A stretch of DNA of 64,000 bases from the human T2T-CHM13v2.0 reference genome, Homo sapiens: the NCBI RefSeq assembly GCF_009914755.1, contig NC_060926.1, one strand, 5' to 3'. A program made the position numbers and the translations under genes. A model generated the notes under the pieces. It did not search any database. It saw only the letters and a list, made by a program, of their open reading frames with translations, and was not told the DNA's origin. Position 1 is the first letter of the stretch. Every line of letters begins with the position of its first letter. Below are positions 55,976 through 64,000 of the stretch, in pieces.

Positions 55976-57913
55976 TCTATCTCACTTTTTAAGGAGTCCA
56001 TAGTGTTAACAGAACTTAAAAGATTATCACAGTTCTGGTCCTACTGTCCTGGTCCTATATCTTATTTTTAAAAATTGAACTATCTAGTTTAGTTACATTT
56101 AACACAATTGCTGATGTATTTAGTAATTAATTCCCATTGTTGTGCTATTTATTTTCTACTTGACTCTTAGATCCTGTGTTCTTTTCCACCTATTTTATGT
56201 ATTGACTACTCTGGATTAATCAAATATTTATTTCTATTATACTTCCCCTCTTTTCACTTGTTATAGATTACAATGATTGTAATGGCTTCACCAAAAGATT
56301 ATTAAATCACAAATTATCAAGTTATTTAAACTCTATATATTACTTACTTTCCTATGTACTCAATAATTGTAGAAATTTAGAGTATGTCATTCCATTTACC
56401 CTTCTCTTAAATTACATGCTATTTTATCATCTCTTCTAATTCTACTTATGCCTTAAAACACAAAATACATTATTTTCTTCACTCAGTATTCATTTATGTT
56501 TACTCACATATTTTCTATGTTACTATTTCTTCTAATATTTATGCCTGAAGAACTCATGTTAGTATTCTCTGTCTCAAACCATATTTTTTATCATCATCTG
56601 TTAGTACAATTACAATCCTTTTTTAATTTCAGGAATATAATCCAATATATTTATATTTTGTATTTTTATGAATATTCATCTAGTTTTCAATTACTGACTA
56701 AAAGAAAAGGTGATTCCTGAGTCCTGAAGTACCTATACCCATTCTAGTGAGACAGAACCCAGGCTAAAGGTGATTAGAGATCCAAGTCAATTCAGACATA
56801 AATAATTCATCTAATCGAGGGTAATGAGGTTATATAATTGCTTGGAGTACATTTTTAAGCTTTAGCTATTAAAAATTTTAACTCTTAATAGCAAGATAAT
56901 GGGATTTTTAAATTTCATTCAATTTTTAATATCTTTAGACATTAATTTGCAAGAAGATTTAATTTTTGCTCTTCAGTATATATCAAGAACTTCATAATGG
57001 GAAAAAATTTATATTCAAATCTAAAGCATATCTTTGTTGTTGCTATTCTTATGTGTATGTCTACATTTATTTAATTTTAAAGTATATTTTATATTTAATA
57101 TATTGTATAACTTCAGCTGAACCATAATGGACTGTATCTCAATCTAATTTGGGGTGAGAAAAAAATGGAATAGAATTTATTGCATTGTGGATAGAGTGCC
57201 CTTCTACATTATTTAATTAAGGTTTTCCTGATAGATAAAAGAGTCATCCAGGGGATTGGAAAACCTCCAATACACATTAATGATCCCAAAAAGATACGTA
57301 AAGCAACAGTAGCAGATACTTAGAAAATATGTTAATAGAGTGCAAGCCACTCATGATTTCTTGTCCTGAGAAAGAATAGACTAGTTTTGATTGAGAAAGA
57401 GCTTAATGATTAAACCCACTGGGGGTAACAAAATGTATACACTACAGAAGACTGACTGGGGAGGGAATTGCTTCCTCTGACATTATGATACCGTGTGAAG
57501 CAAGACAAACTGTGGTAACAATCTTAATCTTTTGCTCCTTTATGTACGCCTTCCCAGAGGTCATTTATTTCTCCATTGGTGCATTTGGGAGGTATGTTAG
57601 ACTTAATAATGCCTTTTTAAAATGTCCACGTCCTAATCCTGTGAATATGTTGACCTATATGTCAAAAGGAAGTTTGTCCAATTTATTGTTAAAATATTAG
57701 TAACCCTACTTGGTTAAGAGACTTAATGCTATGTTCTTCAACATACACATTATAAATAACAAGTTGAATATATATGTATTATATATATAATACATATATA
57801 TTCAACATTATATGTATAACATCTATTTTTCACGTTGTTTCCAATTTAGAATTGTGAAAAACAGGTGCCATATATTAACTCTCTCAAACCCCTTCAATAG
57901 CCTCATAGGTTAC

Positions 57914-58365
57914 TGTCAGGTGCATCTGCGTGAAGAGACCATCAAACAGACTTTGTGTGAGTAATAAAGCTTTTTAATCACCTGGGTGCAGGCTGGCTGA
58001 GTCTGAAAAGAGAGTCAGCAAAAGGTGGTGGGATTATCATTAGATCTTATAGGTTTGGGATGGGCGGTGGAGTTAGGAGCAATGTTTTGTGGGCAGTGGA
58101 TGGATCTCCCCAAGTACATTCTCAAGGGTGGGGAGAATATTACAAAGTACCTTCTTAAGGGTGGGGGAATATCACAAGTACATTATCGCAAGGGCGGGAA
58201 GGGCATATTGTCATAAACTCAATTGATCAGTTAGGGTGGAGAAGGAACAGATCACAATGGTGGAATATCATCTTTTGTGGTTCTTCAGTTGCTTCAGGCC
58301 GTCTGCATGTATATGTGCAGGTCACAGGGGATGTGATGGCTTAGCTTGGGCTCAGAGGCCTGACA
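57914..58365 (-). mobile_element. HERV-H solo LTR (older LTR7/LTR7C-like) with 5-bp TSD GTTAC
   Basis: Reverse of TGTCAGGCCTCTGAGCCCAAGCTAAGCC...CTGACA; GTTAC at 57909-57913 and 58366-58370. Confidence 0.95.
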
Positions 58366-59906
58366 GTTACTAACAGCTTATGTAGCTGGTAACCCTGGAC
58401 AAATTAACCTGTCTTCATCTCTCTGTCCTTATCTGCTAAATGTGGCTAATAATAATACTCACCTCTAATGATTGCTATAAAAATTAAGTACATTAATATT
58501 TGTAGAGTGCTTAGATCAGCTCCTCCTATAATAACTGCTCAATCAATGTAAACTACCTTCTCTTTTATATTGTAAAAGAGTTTACAATATAAAAGAGTTT
58601 AATAAAAAAGGACATTTTAAATCACTACCTTCCACTTTGCTTATACCATAACACATGAGCAGAGTATGCGGTAAACAAGATTGAAAGATGACTCCCTTTG
58701 GCAGTCAAATATTTTTAACAGCTAAATTTCTCAGAAATGGTTTTATTTTATAAAATGTTTCAAATAAATCTTTCCCACCTGCCAACTTAGCTCACTTAAG
58801 GTTAAAGGTAACTTTAAAAGTATCAAGCCTGAAGGAATACCGTCCAATTATTGCTTCCTCTTCACTGCCATAAGTGCTCAGAGACTGCCTTGAAAATAGT
58901 GATTCATTGGAAAACATGGTCACTTTCAACTTTGAGTATGTGAGGGGAAAAAAGCAGCAACAAAGGTTAACCTAGCTGAGAAATTATACTACGAGAAAAT
59001 ATGTTGGAAAGAGAACAAGCCAAGTTCTTCATATAGTCATGAGCTCATATATATTCTTAAAAATGTTAAATGATAAATTGTAAAATCAGTTATCTGATTT
59101 TACAATTTTTTTATAGAAAAAATCTCTCTCTCTACCTTCATGTTTTTGGACACAGCAATTTGAAAATCATAAGATAGGGATAATATTTTAATCATTGAAA
59201 TTGTGATTTTGAACTACCACTGAACACTGCATGACATATAGAAGGTTCATTTCCAGCAAATCTAGCTAAAACTGTTAAGGGGAAGTTGCCTTAAAATAGC
59301 ATAATTACTCTGGATAGCTGTCTTTTTGCATATAAATCATAGATTTTTATCAGCCTTCTCCATCCTTGTCATGTTGATACTACTGATGACATGACATTAA
59401 TATACACATTCAAGGTTTTGGGGTTGCTTGGGAGTGAGTTGCAGAGCTGGAAGGACTTCACAAAATCATCTTAAGTTTTCTTTTATTTTATCTATAGCTC
59501 TTGCCTTAGGAGAAAACTTTCCAAACTACTTACATTTCTCGTTTGCACTCAACATTTGATAGAAGGTCAGGAAATATGCATATTATTCTCTTCCTACACC
59601 CATAAATAGGACTCTGGCTCCTATTTAACAAGTAAGAATTTAAATTATTTTGATAGCCTTTTTAATACAAGTTGAGGAATTTAGTTTATGGAATAGTCTA
59701 GAAATTATGTAATTCCCCATTGATTATTGCATACTTTTTTTTCAAGATTTATTTCAGTACAATAATTTTAAGAGACTGGCCAGGTTTGAAATGGCTCTAG
59801 AATTTTCTTCCATTCAAAATTCATTTAAATAGAGGACTCCATGTAGCTATGTCTATATCTATCTATCTATATTTTTCTATAAAGGTATTTTTTATGGCAC
59901 AGTAAC

Positions 59907-60365
59907 TGTCAGGTCTCTGAGCCCAAGCTAAGCCATCATATCCCTTGTGACCCACACATACACATCCAGATGGCTGGTTGCTGCCTTAACTGATGACATT
60001 CCACCACAAAAGAAATGAAAATGGCCTGTTCCTGCCTTAACTGATGACATTATCTTGTGAAATTCCTTCTCCTGGCTCAAAAGCTCCTCTACTGAGCACC
60101 TTGTGACCCCCACTCCTGCCTACCAGAGAACAAACCCCCTTTGACTGTAATTTTCCTTTACCTACCCAAATCTTATAAAATGGCCCCACCCCTGTCTCCC
60201 TTCGCTGACTCTTTTTGGACTCAGCCCGTCTGCACCCAGGTGAAATAAACAGCCTTGTTGCTCACACAAAGCCTGTTTGGTGGTCTCTTCACACCAATGC
60301 AAGTGAAATTTTGGTGCCCTGACTCGGACTGGGGTATCTCCCTTGGGAGATCAATCCCCTGTCCT
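59907..60365 (+). mobile_element. HERV-H 5' end: LTR7B/LTR7Y-type LTR (59907-60308), mutated His PBS (60312-60329) and start of leader
   Basis: Duplicated GCCTTAACTGATGACATT and the type-II block GTGAAATTCCTTCTCCTGGCTCAAAAGCTCC; TGGTGCCCTGACTCGGAC; CCTTGGGAGATCAATCCCCTGTCCT. Confidence 0.93.
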
Positions 60366-61293
60366 ACAGAATGGGAGAAGAATTTTGCAATCTACTCAAC
60401 TTACAAAGGGCTAATATCCAGAATCTACGAAGAACTCAAAAAATTTACCAGAAAAAAACAAACAACCACATCAAAAAGCAGGCAATGGATATGAAAAGAC
60501 ACTTCTCAAAAGAAGACATTTATGCAGCCAACAGACACATGAAAAAATGCTCATCATCACTGGCCATCAGAGAAATGCAAATCAAAACCACAATGAGGTA
60601 CCATCTCACACCAGTTAGAATGGTGATCATTAAAAAGTCAGGAAACAACAGGTGCTGGAGAGGATGTGGAGAAATAGGAACACTTTTACACTGTTGGTGG
60701 GACTGTAATCTAGTTCAACCATTGTGGAAGTCAGTGTGGCGATTCCTCAGGGATCTAGAACTAGAAATACCATTTGACCCAGCCATCCCATTACTGGGTA
60801 TCTACCCAAAGGATTATAAATCATGCTGATACAAAGACACATGCACACGTATGTTTACTGTGGCACTATTCACAATAGCAAAGACTTGGAACCAACCCAA
60901 ATGTCCAAAAATGATAGACTGGATTAAAAAAATGTGGCACATATACACCATGCAACACTATGCAGCCATAAAAAAGGGTGAGTTCATGTCCTTTGTAGGT
61001 AAATGGCTGAAGCTGGAAACCATCATTCTCAGCAAAATATCGCAAGGACAAAAAACGAAACACCACATGTTCTGACTTATAGGTGGGAATAGAACAATAA
61101 GAACACTTGGAGACTGAAAGGGGAACACCACACACCGGGGCCTGCTGTGGGAAGGGGGAGAGGGGAGGGATAGCCTTAGGAGATATACCTAAGATAAATG
61201 ACTAGTTAATGGGTGCAGCACAACAGCATGTCACATGTACACATATGTAACAAACCTTCACGTTGTGCACATGTGCTCTAGAACTTAAAGTAT
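60363..61293 (+). mobile_element. 5'-truncated L1PA (about PA4-6), ORF2 C-terminus plus 3'UTR
   Basis: ORF 60371-60829 [42 protein letters not shown]...[18 protein letters not shown]; ends CTAGAACTTAAAGTAT. Confidence 0.96.
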
Positions 61294-64000
61294 TTTATAT
61301 GTATATATGTATAAACATATATACATATATACATATAAACACATATAAACATATACGTATATACACATATATACAAATACATATATACATATATTATATA
61401 TATGTATATATATTATATTATACATATATTATATATATATTATATTATACATATATACATACACACATAAACATATTACATACATATACAAATTATACAC
61501 ATATACATATATACATATATGTATATACATACATTATATATAAATATATGTATATAAAATGTACATTATATATACATATATATTATGTATAAATAATATA
61601 TAAAATAAACATAATATATATTTATAGATATGATATATATAATATATATGTATACATATATACATATATGTATATATAATGTACATTATACATACATAAA
61701 CATCATATATAAATGTTATATATATAATATATACACATATAATATATACATACATGTCTATATAATATAAAATATATATATGTGAATATATAATATATAT
61801 TATAATATATACATAAAATGTATAACATATTATATGTAATTATATATTATAAATATAATTATATATATCATTACAGATTATATACATAATTATATATAAT
61901 TAAATATTATAAATATAAGTATATATAATTAAATATTATATATAATTATAATTATATATTATATAAAATTATATATAATTAAATATTTATAATTACATAT
62001 ATAATTATAATAAATCATATATATACTATATTATGTTATACCTATTTATATATAATATGTACTTATTACATATATAAAATATACATATATATTTATATGT
62101 GAAATATACATTATATATTTATATATGAAATATACATGTTATATATTTATATATAAAATATACATTACATATATGTATATATTATATATTATTATAATAC
62201 ATATTACATATATAATAATATATAATATGTATTACATAATATATAACATACATTATATATTATATATTATGTATTATATATAATATATATTACATATTAT
62301 GTATTATATATAATATATATTACATATTATGTATTATATATTGTATAATATATTATATTATATACAATATATATTATATTATATACTATATATTATATAC
62401 TATGTATTATATTATCTTATATACAATATACATTATATTATATTATATACTATATATTAAATTACATAGACTATATATTATATAGAATAAATATTGTATA
62501 ATATATATTATAACATATATTATATTATATATTTATGTATTATATATATTATATATTATATATTATATAGACTATATATTTTTATATTTATTATAAATTA
62601 CATATTTATAATATATAACATAATATAAATTATTATATTTTATAATTTTAAATATATGTTATAATTATAAATATATAATTATAAATATATAAGTTATAAT
62701 TATATAATTATAACTTATGTATTTTTATATGAGTTATAATTATATTATTATATATTATTTTATATAAATATTATTATATATTATTTATAATATGTATTAT
62801 ATAAAAGATTATATATATTATATATAGTATATAAAAGATTATATATATTATATATATTATATATAATACATATAATACATATAATCTCTTATATAATATA
62901 TAATATATAACCGATTATATATAATATTTACATATCATATATCATCTATTATATATAATATATATTATATATCATATATTGTATCTTATAGATAGTATAT
63001 TATGTATTATATATACTATATATAGTATATAATATACTATATATTAAATACTATATATAGTATATTATATATAATATATAATATATAATGGACTATATAA
63101 AATATATATAACAATAATTCTTATATATTATATATAATCTATTATATGATATATAATATATATTATACATCATATGTTATATATTATATAACACATACAT
63201 TGTATATTATATAAGATACAATATATAACATATAATATATATTATATATAATAGATTATATATTATATATAATTATCATATATATTGTGTCCAAAATATA
63301 TAATAGATTATACACTATATATAATAATTATTGTTATATACAATCTATTATATATAATATATAATCTGTTACATATTGTATCATATATAATATACAATAT
63401 TATACATTACATAATATACAATATTATCCATTACAGAATATACAATATTATACATTATATAATATACAATATTTATTATATAATATACAATATTTATTCT
63501 ATATAATATACTGTATTATATATAATATACAATATGTATTATATATAATACACAATATGTAGTATATATAGTACACAATATTGTGTATTATATATCATCT
63601 ACAATATTGTGTATCATACATAATATACAATATTGTGTATCATATATAATATACAATATTGTGTATTACATATACTATATATAGTGTATTATACATAATA
63701 TACTATATATTGTGTATTATAATATACCATATATAATATATAATATACTATATAATATATATAATACATACTATATAATATATATAATATATAATATACT
63801 ATATAATATATAGTATATATAATATACTATATATTATATACTACATATAATATACTATATATTATGTATTACATATGACATACTATATATTATGTATTAT
63901 ATATAACATACTATATATTATGTATTATATATAACGTACTATATATTATATATTATATATATTAATATATTAAAAATATGTAATAAATATGTAATTATAA
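61294..64000. repeat. >2.7-kb degenerate TA-rich low-complexity array running off the window end
   Basis: Almost entirely A/T with local short periodicities (e.g. ~20-bp TATAATATACAATATTATAC near 63390-63660). Confidence 0.97.

Noticed and set aside
61263-63506. Tyr/Ile-rich ORFs
   Set aside because: Translations of low-complexity TA sequence.

Overview
AT-rich, gene-poor primate (human-like) genomic DNA made largely of transposable elements; no host protein-coding exon, RNA gene or CRISPR array can be supported. The main feature is a cluster of three HERV-H elements with three different LTR7 types. (1) A complete ~5.67 kb env-deleted provirus (25691-31361, +) with a perfect tRNA-His PBS, a splice donor, gag zinc knuckles, pro/pol remnants and an open ESRG-like ORF across the LTR and leader. 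(2) An older solo LTR on the minus strand (57914-58365, GTTAC TSD). (3) An LTR+PBS+leader (59907-60365, +) joined through a 3-bp microhomology to an L1PA 3' end. Two multi-kb TA-rich arrays (23823-25690 and 61294-64000) adjoin the two + strand HERV-H units. The window also holds eight Alus, several L1PA/L1MA/L1M pieces, an LTR16/ERVL remnant, a MER52 solo LTR, an MLT1 LTR, MER20, an ERV1 internal fragment and small repair or template-switch scars. Subfamily names come from recalled consensus sequences, not from a database run.
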